64,000 nucleotides of DNA from Schizosaccharomyces osmophilus (lineage: Eukaryota). How positions within the stretch are numbered: position 1 is the stretch's first letter; every line of letters starts with the position of its first letter. Location: positions 1,178,001 to 1,242,000 of the forward strand of contig NC_079239.1 of NCBI RefSeq assembly GCF_027921745.1. Direction: 5' to 3'. The position numbers and the translations under genes are program-made. Shown piece after piece: positions 37,084 through 49,928 of the stretch. Below the pieces are notes generated by a model that was given only the letters and a program-made list of their open reading frames with translations, was not told the origin of the DNA and searched no databases.

Positions 37084-37749
37084 TTAAGCAAGGTTGAAGG
37101 AAGCATCAGGGAAAACCTCAAACTTCTCGTCAAGTCTACCACGCTTGTTCAAGAACTTAGCGTAGCAGCCATCAGGAATGACTTCACCGCGGCTACGCTT
37201 CTCAATGAATTCAGAACGGTTGTATTGAGAGAAACCCCACTTCTTGGAAACAATGATTTTTTGTTGACCAGGGAACTTGTATTGGCAACGACGGAGGGCT
37301 TCAATAGCAGTAGTACGGTTGGAGTCCTTGGTACGGATAGACATCAAGACTTGACCAATTCTCACACGGGCAACCAAACCGTTGGGTTTACCGAAAGCGT
37401 GACGCATACCTTGTTGCAATCTATCGGCACCGGCACAAGAAAGCATCTTGTTGATACGGACAACGTGGTAGGGGTGAGCACGGACACGGAGGTGGAAAGC
37501 ATCCTTACCAGCGATCTTCACCAAGTACTTGTTGGTGGTAATACGAGCAGCTTCGAGAGCTTCGGAGGTGATTTGTTCCAACTCGTTAGAAACCAAGTGA
37601 ATGCACAAGGGGAACTCGTCAACAGTGGCACGCTTACGGCCCAAGTCAAAGATTCTGATCTTGGGATCAGGAACAGCACGGTTGTAACGAGACTTGGGAT
37701 AAGGCTTGTTCTTAATATAACGGTAGCAACGTGCGGGTCTACGGGCCAT
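37084..37749 (-). CDS. rpl1002: 60S ribosomal protein L10 (uL16)
   Basis: [32 protein letters not shown] at 37749 (the ORF track over-extends to a TTG); paralogue number from synteny. Confidence 0.95.
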   Translation of the reverse strand: MARRPARCYRYIKNKPYPKSRYNRAVPDPKIRIFDLGRKRATVDEFPLCIHLVSNELEQITSEALEAARITTNKYLVKIAGKDAFHLRVRAHPYHVVRINKMLSCAGADRLQQGMRHAFGKPNGLVARVRIGQVLMSIRTKDSNRTTAIEALRRCQYKFPGQQKIIVSKKWGFSQYNRSEFIEKRSRGEVIPDGCYAKFLNKRGRLDEKFEVFPDASFNLA

Positions 37750-37835
37750 TTTTAATTCAAAGGCTTTATGGGGTTTTCTGGTTTTTGCCAATTGCTCCCC
37801 TACCCACCTGTTCTTTCCTTTCGATACCTAAAAAA

Positions 37836-37843
37836 CAGTCACA
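37836..37843. promoter_or_regulatory. Homol D box of the rpl10 promoter
   Basis: CAGTCACA about 90 bp upstream of the ATG; Homol E-like CCCCTACCCA at 37797-37806. Confidence 0.8.
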
Positions 37844-38324
37844 GGAATTGTTGCTTGATTAGGTAACAATATAGTTACGTTTGTACTGTTATTATTTCGT
37901 GTGAAATTTTTGTTTACAATTGAATTAGTTACATTTGAACGTGAAGAAATCAGTACCCACTTTGTTCTAATTTAAATTAAGTGCTGATGTCGAAAAGTAT
38001 ATTATGACATCCTTGAGCTGTAGCGTTAGAAGATTCTCTTATCAATTCTGTTTTGTTTTCATCTATAAGTCAAAGTAGTGCGGTAATGCCCGTATATGAA
38101 GTACGAATTTTCATTACCTGTGAATTGAACGCCTCCATTCGGTGATGAAACGATTGAAGAATTTTTATACACAGTATTTCTATCCATGCAGTAATTCAAG
38201 TACTAAAAGCATCAATTGAGAGGGTTCTTCATCTTATCTTCTCTTAATCTGGTGCTAAATTGTGTCGTCCACAAATTCTCAACCGATCCTAATTTCCCAC
38301 TGCACACCACAACATAACAAAAAT

Positions 38325-41300
38325 ATGAGCCAGAAGGCTCTAACAACGGAAGAATATGCTCAGCGCCTTGAGCGCTGGTCGGAAAGATTAAAAAATCAAA
38401 CTATTTCTCACCTCCCTGCGGATTATAGCCGCCCCGTTCCTTCCAGGCTAGTGGAAGCTGTTTCCGAAAAGGTTCTAAACGATGAAACCAAGGCTGCATT
38501 GATCAGTATTTATGCTACCGCCCAGACAAAGGGAATTAACGCTACTCCTTTCAATATTTTGCTGACGTTGTTTATCGTCCTTGTAATTCGGTTGACCGGT
38601 GACGAAGACATTAGCATTGGAACTAGTTCAGAGAATGCTATTCCTTTTGTTTTACGGACATTTGCTCAACAAAATGAGTCCTTCTTTGGACTTTTAGAAA
38701 AGGTTGCAGATATTGAGAGCACATGTTCTGCTGACGCTGTAGATTTTACCGATCTGATAAATCATTTAAATAGCAAACTATCGAAACAGGATGAAATTCG
38801 CAAAAGTCTTGCGCATATACGTTTCTACAACGCACCAGATACGCCATCCGAAAGCTTCTTGTCTTCAACCAGCTTAGATGTCGATCTGACTGTTTTAGTT
38901 TCCCTCAAGAAACCTGCGGAAGAACTTTCTTCTTTGCGTTCTTTCACTTTTCCTGATCTACAACTCAAAGTTATTTACAACCAACTTGTTTTCTCCCAAA
39001 ACAGAATTAATATTCTTGCCGATCAGCTTTTCCAACTTGTTATATCTGCCTCCCAAAACATCAATGGCTCCATTGGTTCCTTGGATTTAAAGACGGATTC
39101 TCAAAATCGCGTTTTACCAGATCCTACAATAGATCTTGATTGGTCTGGTTTCCGTGGCCCTATCCAAGATATTTTTGCTCATAACGCTGCTAAATTTCCC
39201 GAAAGGGAGTGCATTGTAGTAACACCTTCGGTGACGGAGAACGCTTCAGCTACTTCTTATACATATCGCCAAATCGACGAATCTTCCAATATACTTGCTC
39301 ACCATCTTGTTCAAAGTGGTATAGAAAGAGGCGATGTTGTTATGGTTTATGCCTACCGTGGTGTCGATTTGGTGGTAGCCGTCATGGGTGTTCTCAAATC
39401 TGGCGCTACTTTCTCCGTTATTGACCCGGCCTACCCCCCAGCTAGACAGACTGTTTATTTGGGAGTTGCCAAACCAAGAGGTTTAGTCTTTTTGGCTGAT
39501 GCTGGTGTTGTTTCTCCTACTGTTGTTGACTATGTAAAGAAAAATTTAGATCTTAAAACGTTCGTACCCTCTTTGAAGTTGTCAAAAGAAGGCGCTTTAA
39601 CTGGTGGTTTTCTGGAAGGTAGCAACACTGATATATTATCGAGTGTTGCTCACTTAAAGAGCCAACAAACTGGAGTAGTTGTTGGGCCAGATAGCACTCC
39701 TACACTTAGTTTTACTAGTGGTAGTGAAGGTATTCCTAAGGGTGTTAAAGGACGTCATTTTAGTTTGGCTTACTATTTTGACTGGATGTCACATGAGTTT
39801 AATCTTTCGGAAAATGACAGGTTCACTATGCTTAGCGGTATTGCTCACGATCCTATTCAGAGAGATATCTTTACCCCTCTGTTCCTTGGTGCATCTCTTA
39901 TTGTACCAACGGCTGAAGACATTGGTACTCCAGGACAGCTTGCCCACTGGGCAAATAAATACCAAGTGACTGTTACCCATTTAACTCCTGCAATGGGTCA
40001 GTTACTTTCCGCTCAAGCTGAAGAACAAATTCCATCCCTCCATCATGCGTTTTTCGTGGGTGATATTCTCACTAAGCGTGATTGCCTTCGTTTACAAGTG
40101 CTTGCTACGAATGTCAATGTCGTCAACATGTATGGTACCACTGAAACACAGCGGTCTGTCTCATATTTTGTGGTTCCCGCTAGATCAAAAGATTCCACAT
40201 TCTTAGAGACTCAGAAAGAAGTCATACCGGCTGGTAAAGGTATGAAAAACGTCCAATTGCTTGTCATCAACCGTCATGATAGTAGCAAGCTTTGCGGTAT
40301 CGGAGAAGTAGGCGAAATTTATTTACGTGCTGGTGGTCTAGCAGAGGGATATCTTGGCAATGAGGAAATGACGTCCAAAAAGTTCTTGCAGAGTTGGTTC
40401 GCTGATCCCTCTAAATTTGTCGATCGCACTCCTGAAGATGCTCCATGGAAAAAATATTGGTTGGGTATTAGAGACCGCATGTATCGTTCTGGTGATTTGG
40501 GACGTTACCTTCCATCCGGTGACGTTGAATGTAGTGGTCGTGCTGATGACCAAGTCAAAATTCGTGGTTTTCGAATTGAACTAGGTGAAATAAATACCCA
40601 TCTTTCTCGCCATCCTAATGTGCGTGAGAATATTACACTTATTCGCCGTAACAAAGATGAAGAGCCTACCTTGGTTTCTTATATTGTTCCTCAAGACATG
40701 GATAAAGATGATTACGCTAGTGGTACCGACACAGACGATTTAGTGGTTCAAGGTCTTCGAAAGTATAGAAAGGTTATTAAAAACATCCGAGAGTACATGA
40801 AGACCAAGCTTCCTAACTATGCAGTTCCCACTGTTATCGTTCCATTAAATCGTATGCCATTAAATCCTAATGGCAAAATAGATAAGCCTGCTTTACCTTT
40901 CCCTGATACGTCTCAATTGGCAGCAGCTTCTATTTCTCGTACTAAGAATGCAAGCACAGAGGCCCTCACCACTGTTGAGCAAGAAATGAAAGATATCTGG
41001 CAAAGTATTATTCCTCATGCTGTCGGTTTAAGTAAGAAAGCTAATTTCTTTGACGTTGGAGGGCATTCAATTTTGGCTACTCGTCTCATTTTCGAGTTAA
41101 GGAAGAGATATGCCGTAAATGTTCCTTTGGGGTTGATTTTTCGTGAACCTACAATTGAAGGATTGGCTAGAGAGATTGGTAAACTCAAATCTGGAGAAAT
41201 GGTTGACCTGTATGATGTTCCTAAGGGAGAACCTGAAGATAAGGAAGTTGCTTATGGCAAGGATGCAGTTCAACTTACAAATGTACTTCCTCAGTCATAT

Positions 41301-42587
41301 CCTACGTTCTCTGGATTGAAGGTTGATGACTGCAAGACAGTATTATTGACTGGTGCCAATGGATACTTGGGTGTGTTTATTCTTCGTGATTTGATGACAC
41401 GTAATTCAAATATTAAGGTTATGGCCTTAATTCGTGCATCTTCCCCAGACCATGGTTTGCAGCGTCTCAGGGATAGTAGTATTGCTTACGGTGTTTGGGA
41501 CGAGAAGTGGATTGAGTCAATATCTGTTGTTAATGGAGACCTTGCATTAGAAAATTGGGGACTTGCCAACGAACAGTGGAACAGCTTATGTGAGGAAGTA
41601 GATGTCGTTATACATAATGGTGCTTTAGTACACTGGGTCTATCCTTATTCCAAACTTAAGGGACCTAACGTTATGGGTACAATCACTGCTCTAAAGTTAT
41701 GTTCTTTTGGTAAGCCGAAATCGTTAGGATTTGTATCCTCAACATCTACTATCGATACAGAATATTATGTTAATCTTTCCAATGAGATTACATCTAAGGG
41801 TGGTAATGGTATCCCCGAGTCGGATTCTCTTTCTGGTTCAGCTGAGAGTTTACAAACCGGTTACGGTCAAAGTAAATGGGTTGCCGAATACTTGATTAAA
41901 CAAGCCGGTTTGCGTGGTTTGAGAGGAGTTATTGTCCGCCCAGGTTACATTTTGGGTGATTCAAAAACTGGAGCTATTAATACTGATGACTTTCTGGTTC
42001 GAATGATGAAGGGTAGCATTGAGTTGGGTCTCTATCCCAACATTAACAATACAGTGAACATGGTTCCTACAGATCATGTTGCACGTGTAACGACAGCTTC
42101 TGCATTCCACCCAGGTGAAGGAGTCACTGTTGCCCACGTTACTAGTCATCCTCGTCTTCGATTCAATCAATTTTTGGCAACATTAAGTAAATTCGGGTTT
42201 GGTACAAAGCAATCGGAATATCTAAGTTGGCGAATTGCTTTGGAAAAATATGTCGTTCATGAATCTCACGACAGCGCGTTGTATCCTTTGCTGCATTTTG
42301 TTCTTGATAATCTCCCAGCCAACACGAAGGCACCTGACTTGGATGATGCCAACGCTCGTGAGATCTTAAAGCGTGATACAGAATGGACCAAGGTTGATGT
42401 ATCCGCTGGAGCTGCTGTACTTGAACGAGAAATGGGACTTTATTTATCTTACCTTGTTTCCATTGGGTTTTTAGCGAAGCCTACTCATAAAGCTGAGAAG
42501 GAGCTACCAAAGATAGAGTTAAATACTTTAACTATGGAAAAGCTTGCCAGCGTCGGGGGACGTGGCGGCGCTCCTGTTACTAAGTAA
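38325..42587 (+). CDS. lys1: Alpha-aminoadipate reductase (adenylation-PCP-reductase; S. cerevisiae Lys2 orthologue)
   Basis: SFTSGSEGIPKG, YGTTE, GRADDQVKIRGFRIELGEI, FFDVGGHS, TGANGYLG, GYGQSKW; first ATG at 38325. Confidence 0.97.
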   Translation: MSQKALTTEEYAQRLERWSERLKNQTISHLPADYSRPVPSRLVEAVSEKVLNDETKAALISIYATAQTKGINATPFNILLTLFIVLVIRLTGDEDISIGTSSENAIPFVLRTFAQQNESFFGLLEKVADIESTCSADAVDFTDLINHLNSKLSKQDEIRKSLAHIRFYNAPDTPSESFLSSTSLDVDLTVLVSLKKPAEELSSLRSFTFPDLQLKVIYNQLVFSQNRINILADQLFQLVISASQNINGSIGSLDLKTDSQNRVLPDPTIDLDWSGFRGPIQDIFAHNAAKFPERECIVVTPSVTENASATSYTYRQIDESSNILAHHLVQSGIERGDVVMVYAYRGVDLVVAVMGVLKSGATFSVIDPAYPPARQTVYLGVAKPRGLVFLADAGVVSPTVVDYVKKNLDLKTFVPSLKLSKEGALTGGFLEGSNTDILSSVAHLKSQQTGVVVGPDSTPTLSFTSGSEGIPKGVKGRHFSLAYYFDWMSHEFNLSENDRFTMLSGIAHDPIQRDIFTPLFLGASLIVPTAEDIGTPGQLAHWANKYQVTVTHLTPAMGQLLSAQAEEQIPSLHHAFFVGDILTKRDCLRLQVLATNVNVVNMYGTTETQRSVSYFVVPARSKDSTFLETQKEVIPAGKGMKNVQLLVINRHDSSKLCGIGEVGEIYLRAGGLAEGYLGNEEMTSKKFLQSWFADPSKFVDRTPEDAPWKKYWLGIRDRMYRSGDLGRYLPSGDVECSGRADDQVKIRGFRIELGEINTHLSRHPNVRENITLIRRNKDEEPTLVSYIVPQDMDKDDYASGTDTDDLVVQGLRKYRKVIKNIREYMKTKLPNYAVPTVIVPLNRMPLNPNGKIDKPALPFPDTSQLAAASISRTKNASTEALTTVEQEMKDIWQSIIPHAVGLSKKANFFDVGGHSILATRLIFELRKRYAVNVPLGLIFREPTIEGLAREIGKLKSGEMVDLYDVPKGEPEDKEVAYGKDAVQLTNVLPQSYPTFSGLKVDDCKTVLLTGANGYLGVFILRDLMTRNSNIKVMALIRASSPDHGLQRLRDSSIAYGVWDEKWIESISVVNGDLALENWGLANEQWNSLCEEVDVVIHNGALVHWVYPYSKLKGPNVMGTITALKLCSFGKPKSLGFVSSTSTIDTEYYVNLSNEITSKGGNGIPESDSLSGSAESLQTGYGQSKWVAEYLIKQAGLRGLRGVIVRPGYILGDSKTGAINTDDFLVRMMKGSIELGLYPNINNTVNMVPTDHVARVTTASAFHPGEGVTVAHVTSHPRLRFNQFLATLSKFGFGTKQSEYLSWRIALEKYVVHESHDSALYPLLHFVLDNLPANTKAPDLDDANAREILKRDTEWTKVDVSAGAAVLEREMGLYLSYLVSIGFLAKPTHKAEKELPKIELNTLTMEKLASVGGRGGAPVTK

Positions 42588-42650
42588 AAAGAATCTTTGG
42601 TCATTAGTTATTTAGTTATATTAACGTTCTTCAAAAATTTAGTCTATAAG

Positions 42651-44791
42651 TTAGCGATGTTTTTCATCATCTTCTATGCATGAAGTATTGAAATAAATAT
42701 CAGAGTTAAATGCTGGAGATATAGGTATATCCATTGCCAAATCTGCCGGCGATAATGGAGTTTTCTTGCTGTAGTCGTTAAAATGATTAGTATTATAAGC
42801 TGTATTTTGAAAGTCGTAAACAGCAGAAGTTCTCGCAGGTACAGGAGGAGGTGTGCGGTCTTCAGCGACCGGAAATTCTAGCGGGTTGAAAGGGGACGTA
42901 ATGACAGCTTTCTTTTTTAAAATATTTGATAATGCAAAATCATATGTTTTTAGTACCATTAGTTTTACTGTATCAGCTAGTAGAGCAAGTAAGCCCAAGG
43001 CACATACAGCTAACCATAGAAAAATAAACAATAATGACTGTTTGATCTCAGATATCACTGTACCCTCAAGGGTATTAAGAATTTTAGTAAGACCACTGGA
43101 AGTTGTTTGTGAGAAAGTAGAATTTGATGCAAGTGCTCCTTTCAAAGTTTGATTATTGATCGGTTCGCTTAGTACGTCGCCATGAAGTAGTGGAAAGTCA
43201 ATATGAGACTTATTATGAATCCAAGTAGAAACTGAATATGTGTTAGTAAAAGTGAGATTGTAAAAAGCGAACCTTTTTCGAAATCTTCAATCTTATGATA
43301 AAGCAAACAATTCATAACATTTTGGACGGGTTTATTCAATATTGTATCTCCAAAGACGGAGGATATGGTAGAATTTACTTCATTCATGAAAACATTTAAA
43401 GTATTGTTTAAAGAGAGTGCAGTATTTGATATGGACCCAAACATGCCGTCATTAATGCGATTTTGATTTGCCAATATAGCTTGGTTTGTGCTGTTAGACC
43501 ACTCATATGATATGTTTTGTAAAGCATGCTGCATGTCTTGATAGGATACATTAGAGAATGAGCTTTGAGAGGTTTCCAGGTTGCTCAATTTCCGCAAAGC
43601 TAACAATTGACATAAACAAGAACAGAGAGAAGCAATTCCCACGAAAAGTAAAATGGTAGCAGGGGGATAAAAAATGTATGAAATAAACCATCGAAGACGA
43701 AACTTTAGATGTGCAGGGACGGGCAAAAAAGAAATACCTCGTTTTAAATTCCACAGCAAAGGGGATTCTAAATAGGTGACCAAATCCCGAGTATCTTCGA
43801 ACATGTTCTTTTCTATATATTCGTCAATGAGAGAAGCTCTCCGTTTCAATCTATACCACTTCCAGGCCTCGTAAAAAGCATTCACCACAATTAAACCAAT
43901 GATAGAGATCACCAAGCTTATAAGAATTACATATTTTAAAGTAGTTAGTACAGTATAAACCGAGCTTGATGAATTCGTATCATCACCGGAACAAACAGTG
44001 TATTGTGCCTGTTTGGGCTGAGTTATTGACGAACTGTCGAATGTAAAATTCCCGACCTCTTTTAAGATAGAATACCTAGCCAGCTTTAAGGGGCCACTAA
44101 TTGCATTTTCTGTGACGTTTATAGCATGATCAAAATTTATAGAATTGCGAAGACTTTCAAGTTTAGTGTCATAATAAGAGGGGAGACTCAAATTCTTTAA
44201 GGACTGGATTTGGGGAATTGAGATGTTAGGTAAATTTACATCTTCGCCAAGCCAGGAAGCGACTTTTTTAAACGAAGATTCCGCTTTTTGTATTTCACTG
44301 TTAAAGCCGCTAATAGTGTCTTCCATTCCATCAGAAATTGTTTTAAGAGTACTATTTACGACATGTTCTATGTCTTCTCCCACGTCCACCATGGCATCTA
44401 GAGCACCGTTCAAAGCCAATTGCAATAAACATAAATAGGTACCATAAGTGAATTCAATAAAAAAAAAAATAGTCTTTTCAGCAGCTTCAATTGTGTCAAT
44501 TAATCCAGATAAAAGCAAATCCACCGTTGAATTGATGCTTTTCTCCGTGAGCTTAACAACGGCATTCGCAATCATGCCAGGAGAATTGAGAATTGAATTG
44601 ACCTTTTCTTGCATCAATTGACAAGAATAATTTTTAGCCATTGCCTCGGATTTTGAAGCATCCTCTATCTTTGATTGTAAACTTTTGTTGAAGAGAAGGA
44701 ATTGCAAAAAAATGTATAAACAACACAATGTCCAAGGAGTGATCCAGGCTTGAGAAAGCCTTGCCTTTAGGCCCAAGTATGAGTTCTTCAT
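42651..44791 (-). CDS. prm1: Plasma-membrane fusion protein Prm1; exons 44791-43273 and 43231-42651
   Basis: SYLGLKARLSQAWITPW N-terminus and TM segments; a GTTCGC..CTAAC..CAG intron (43232-43272) joins the two ORFs in frame (699 aa). Confidence 0.9.
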
Positions 44792-44857
44792 CAATAAGTT
44801 CTTGACAGGATTTGGAAGAAGTCATTTTCTAAATTTGGTTGCATATCATAGTGTAGA

Positions 44858-44867
44858 GAACAAAGAA
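44858..44867 (-). promoter_or_regulatory. TR-box (Ste11 site) upstream of prm1
   Basis: TTCTTTGTTC about 67 bp upstream of the ATG; a second TTCTTTGTTC at 45930-45939 (+). Confidence 0.7.
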
Positions 44868-45167
44868 ACTTTTCTTTCCTTATGGCTTACAGCATTGGAA
44901 TCTCTGACGTAAAGAACAGTTTATAGTGAAAGGAAAAATTTATACCAAAATTCTATGTACAAGATCCATGGAAAAGTTGTCATTTCATAATCTTTGGTCA
45001 GCAATCAAGCAACACTCACAGCCAAGTCGGCGTTGTGATTAATCACATATTAGAGGCTAATAGACGTCTTAAAGGGTACAAAATTAGAAGGAGGTCCTGA
45101 AGGGCCCCTATTTAATTAGTTTTCAGTGTATACTGTTAATTTTAAGAGCATAGGATAAGAAAAAAAT

Positions 45168-45240
45168 TGACCCCGCCAGGAGTCGAACCTGGAATCTCCT
45201 GATCCGTAGTCAGGCGCCTTGACCATTGGGCCACGAGGCC
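45168..45240 (-). tRNA. tRNA-Arg(ACG)
   Basis: Same sequence as 22946-23018. Confidence 0.95.
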
Positions 45241-46130
45241 TTTGTTGAAAGTAATAGGCTTAAAGTTTTATTTCAAGAGTTGAACTTTGGAAGTAAACGA
45301 TTTAAAATTCAATTTTGTTGAACGTATCGAAATATTGGTGAAATCGTTGAACAAAATTGAACCAGCTTCGACATTTGACTTGCTAAAAACACAAGATGAG
45401 TGACAGGAATGGCAGCAAGAAAGACCATTCAACTACCAAAAGAGATATTTAAGACAAACAATGTAGTGAGTATTAATTATTCCGTAAAGTATGCATATAA
45501 GCACTATGCAATCGTTACTTGCTTAGGAATCAAGTACAGAAAGGCAAGCACGTTATAAAATCGACTAGGAAGTTTTGACTTGGTTCATCATCCAAAGGGA
45601 AGAAAACAAGTGAGCTCAACTTCATGGATGAAGTTATCTTCAAATGAAACGTAATAAAGAGATTTGAGATAATACTATCATTAAAGACCAGCCTTGATAA
45701 CTATTCTTGAATGATATCCGTGAAGAGCTATTATTTGAAAATACATAGGGGCCAAATTTGCTGAAGGAAACGAAAAGAAAACATTTATTTGATATTTATA
45801 ATTTTTATGGAAATAGTTTGTTTATATGCGAATGCTCGCTAAATCAGGTTTGTGATTTAAACTTATTACAGACGGCTTAAATTGACTAGATTTCGTTTGG
45901 GCGTGTTATCGGATTTAAAAAAAGTTGCATTCTTTGTTCCAATTTTATTTTAGCGTAGATGATAATTCTATAAATATAAACAAGAGCGGTCGCTTCAACT
46001 TGGCATCTTACCTATACTTTCTCTGGGCAATTTTTTTTTTTTTTTTTTGAACATTTAACATAATCCCAATTTAAGGACTCTATTTTGGAAAACACCCTCT
46101 TTCGATTATTTTTTTGAAGTTTCTTTCACC

Positions 46131-47896
46131 ATGAGTTCTGTAACAATTCCAGAAGATATTCCTACTTCTGTATGTAAATATGGTTTTGCTTTTGAAAAGG
46201 CGACTAGTTAAAGCTAACGAATTCCCTAGGTTTCTTCTCACTTCGATACCATTTTAATCCTTGATTTTGGGTATGAAACCAAGGTTGTTCTTGCTTGTGA
46301 GCAGAACGCCGATTGACGCATGACTCCTTATTGTAACAATTATTAACATAATTCAGATCTCAATACAGCCATTTGATTGCTCGACGCCTTCGTGAACTCC
46401 ATGTTTACGCTGAGATGTTGCCATGCACTCAAAAGATTGCTGAGCTCCCCTTCAAGCCAAAGGGTGTAATCTTTTCTGGTGGCCCCTACTCTGTCTATGA
46501 TGATTTTGCTCCTCATGTTGATCCCGCTGTTTTTGAACTTGACGTTCCTATTCTCGGTATTTGCTACGGTATGCAAGAGCTTGCTTGGTTGAATGGCCGT
46601 GGTGTCAGCGCAGGCATTGAAAGAGAATACGGACCTGCTATGGTTAACATTACTACCGAAAGCAAATCTGAGGTTTTCCAAAAGTTTTTTGAGTCTATGC
46701 CCAAGGAGTTTGAAGTATGGATGTCCCATGGCGATAAGTTGAATGCTTTACCCACTGGTTTTGAATCTATTGGTCAGACAAAGAACTCTCCATATGCTAT
46801 CATTGCCCACAGCTCAAAGGCTATTTTTGGAATCCAATTCCATCCCGAAGTAACCCATACTCCTTTAGGCTTGCAATTGATTAAGAACTTTGCTCTTGCA
46901 ATTTGTGAAGCTAAGCCAAGCTGGTCGATGGAAAATTTCGTTGACAAGGAGATTCTTCGTATTCGTAAGATGATTGGTCCCGAAGATCATGTAATTGGTG
47001 CTGTTTCCGGTGGTGTTGATTCCACTGTCGCTGCCAAGGTTTTGAAAGAAGCCATCGGCGATCGTTTCCATGCGATTATGGTTGACAATGGCTTGCTGCG
47101 TTTGAACGAAGCTGAAATAGTTCGTGAAAACCTCAAAGAACACTTGGGTATTCGTTTGACCGTCATCGATGCTTCGGACGAATTCCTTCAAAAATTAAGT
47201 GGTGTTTCTGATCCCGAGAAAAAGCGCAAAATTATTGGAAACACTTTTATTCATGTTTTTGAGCGCGAAGCCGATCGTATTTTGAAGACAACTAGCGGTA
47301 AGGTAGAGTATCTTCTCCAAGGTACCCTCTACCCTGATGTGATTGAAAGCATTTCGTTCAAGGGACCTTCTCAAACTATTAAGACCCACCATAATGTTGG
47401 GGGTCTTTTGGAAGACATGAAGCTCAAGCTTATTGAGCCTTTGCGTGAACTTTTCAAGGACGAGGTCCGTTCTCTAGGTGAGCTTCTCGGAATTGAGCGC
47501 AGCCTTGTTTGGCGCCATCCTTTCCCTGGCCCAGGTTTGGGTATCAGAATTTTGGGTGAAGTCAACCGCACTCAACTTGAAATTGCTCGTAAAGCTGACC
47601 ATATCTTCATCACCGAAATCCGCAATCACGGATACTATGACAAGATTTCTCAAGCCTTCGCTGCTCTTTTGCCTGTTAAGGCTGTAGGTGTTATGGGTGA
47701 TCAGCGTACTCATGAGCAAGTTATTGCGTTGCGTGCTATCACTACTTCCGATTTCATGACCGCCGATTGGTTTGATGGATTTAGTGTGAAATTTTTGAAG
47801 TTGGTAAGCTCTCGTATTTGCAACGAGGTTGCCGGTGTCAATCGTGTTCTCTATGACATTAGCAGTAAGCCCCCTGCCACTGTTGAGATGGAATAG
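46131..47896 (+). CDS. gua2: GMP synthase; exons 46131-46169, 46230-46270, 46357-47896
   Basis: Splicing reconstitutes [44 protein letters not shown]. Confidence 0.96.
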
Positions 47897-48184
47897 ATAT
47901 TGGTGTTAATTCGTTGCTTTCGTTACCCTCACTACTGTAATTATAGTTTTTCTTTCGTTGGAGAAAAAGGTTGGAGATTTAAGGAGTAATAATCAATATT
48001 GGATTTATTGCACTATTAGTAAGTAAGATACTGTGTCATAAATATTCATCAAACAAATTGAAAATAACTTTTCATCACACAAAAAAAATTCGCTTTTAAA
48101 TAGACGTTCAATGGAATTAACTAATCATCAACGGCCAGCCTTTTTCGTTACCGATTAGGCAAACTACCAAGTACAATGTCTTTT

Positions 48185-49097
48185 CTACATGAACATGTCG
48201 CTAGAACCGGGAGGCATAAAGTCATCATTGTCGGGCTCACCAGGAAATCTAAAACCCTGACCAGGTTTTGAACTTCTTTGTGGAAATTGGCCTCCAGATG
48301 GGCCATGTAAAGCTCGCAAGTCACCAGGCGATGTTGGATCATACCGAGCACCAGAAGGTACATAAGGCAAAACTGGAGGTTCTTCTTCACCAGTGTTATT
48401 CGTTCCTCTTTCCGGATGAAATATAGGATGATTCAATGTAGGATGCATTCCCCCATTGTTCCCAGAAGAGGGAGCACCGACGCCAGCTGGGTAAAGATCA
48501 TCGGCACCAATTGATGGAAATAGAGGCTTTTGGCTAGGTAAATTTCCAAATGGTCCTGACATACCAAAGGGAGCATCGCTGGGCTGGACATCTACAAATC
48601 GAGGGTGGACAGTAGATTGCGCTACGTTTCTTGGATTCTCAGATACCGCGACGCCTTGTTCTTGAGCCCGAATATCTTGGTTTGATGGAATTATCTCATC
48701 AATTAAAGACTTCAAATCCAAATCACCTTTCGAATCCTCTTTTTGGAAAGCCCTGGCAGCAGTTATATTTGACGTCGTATTGTGACACAAAAAGTAAAAC
48801 CAATTTTTCCAGTGAACGATCTTCACTGAGACACTGAAAGCGTTATCGTACTTGTAGATAAATTCTGCACCATCTGTATAAGTTTTTGGTACTTGTGTTA
48901 AGACTTCACCGCCTGGCAAAATACATTGTTGAAATGCAGCTCCAGCTTCCAAGAGTGCCTCATGAAATTTTTTTTGAACTTCCTCAAATAATAGGCTCAT
49001 CCTGATAGTAAAGTACAAAAAAGTTACTTCCAAGTGTTAAAAGTGGTAATTTCTGATGCACTTACATTCTTATATCGCCTTCATATTTGTGTGACAT
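48185..49097 (-). CDS. fub1: PI31-family proteasome regulator; possible short exon 49097-49066, otherwise ATG at 49000
   Basis: IGADDLYP, GGMHP, VPSGARYDP, GEPDND and a C-terminal HbYX-like MFM. Confidence 0.8.
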
Positions 49098-49390
49098 ATT
49101 TTAATATGATATTATCTTATAATCCAGTCAGACATGCGTCCAAATTATACCTCGCATAGAATAATAAAATATATAAGTTTGCATACTTTTATTAGAAAAA
49201 TAAAGTTTGAATTGAATACTAAATAAGGCCGACAAGGCACAAATAATGATATTTAATAGGGTTTACACTGCCTGGGAGAATGTACGAAATTCATAGAGTA
49301 GGGATTCAATGATGAAATAAGAACAAAAGGAATCTTCTAAAGAAAGGTGAAGGCCCAAGAGTCTTATCTGTAGTTCCTGCTATTGCAAAA

Positions 49391-49928
49391 CTAGTTGGAG
49401 GTTCCTTGTAATTTAGCAAGCATGGTCGATAATTTTCCGTTGTTACGAAGTCTAGTAAGGTCTGAGTTTCCTAAATTTTAGTTAGTATCTGAAAAAAGAA
49501 CATCCATTTAAAATAGGAGAAAACATTTCAAACATACCCCCAATAAATTCATTTTTGAAAAAAATGCTTGGGACAGTTCCTTGATTCGTCTTTTCCATGA
49601 GGTATGCTAATAAAAGGTAAGAGTAAGAAAGAGTAAAAAAGTCATTGAGTTATATACCTTGTATTTCAGATCCAGAATCTAATGCTTGTTAATATACAAT
49701 ATACCGTTTTGCACCATACGATTGGATTTCTTCACGCTACTCACTGAAGAAGCATCCATTCATATTAAACATACCTAATAAGTCTATCTCATAAGATTTG
49801 AAAGGAGCGGTATAGTCAGTCAAGGTCTTTTTTGCTGCTGAACAATAGGGGCAATAAGATTTGCTGAAGACGGTGACAGGATTACTTGCAATCGCTTTTT
49901 CCACAAATAATTTTGCCAAAGAGCTCAT
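49391..49928 (-). CDS. grx2: Dithiol glutaredoxin, 4 exons
   Basis: FSKSYCPYC in exon 1; later exons give TVPSIF and GGNSDL; GT..AG introns. Confidence 0.88.

Noticed and set aside
37225..37755. 176-aa antisense ORF over rpl10, and similar ORFs over gua2, hal3, rpl42 and bud6
   Set aside because: Shadow ORFs caused by codon bias on the coding strand
45396..45720. Possible small spliced gene between tRNA-Arg and gua2
   Set aside because: An intron-like GTGAGT..TAG is present, but every phase tried stops within about 20 codons
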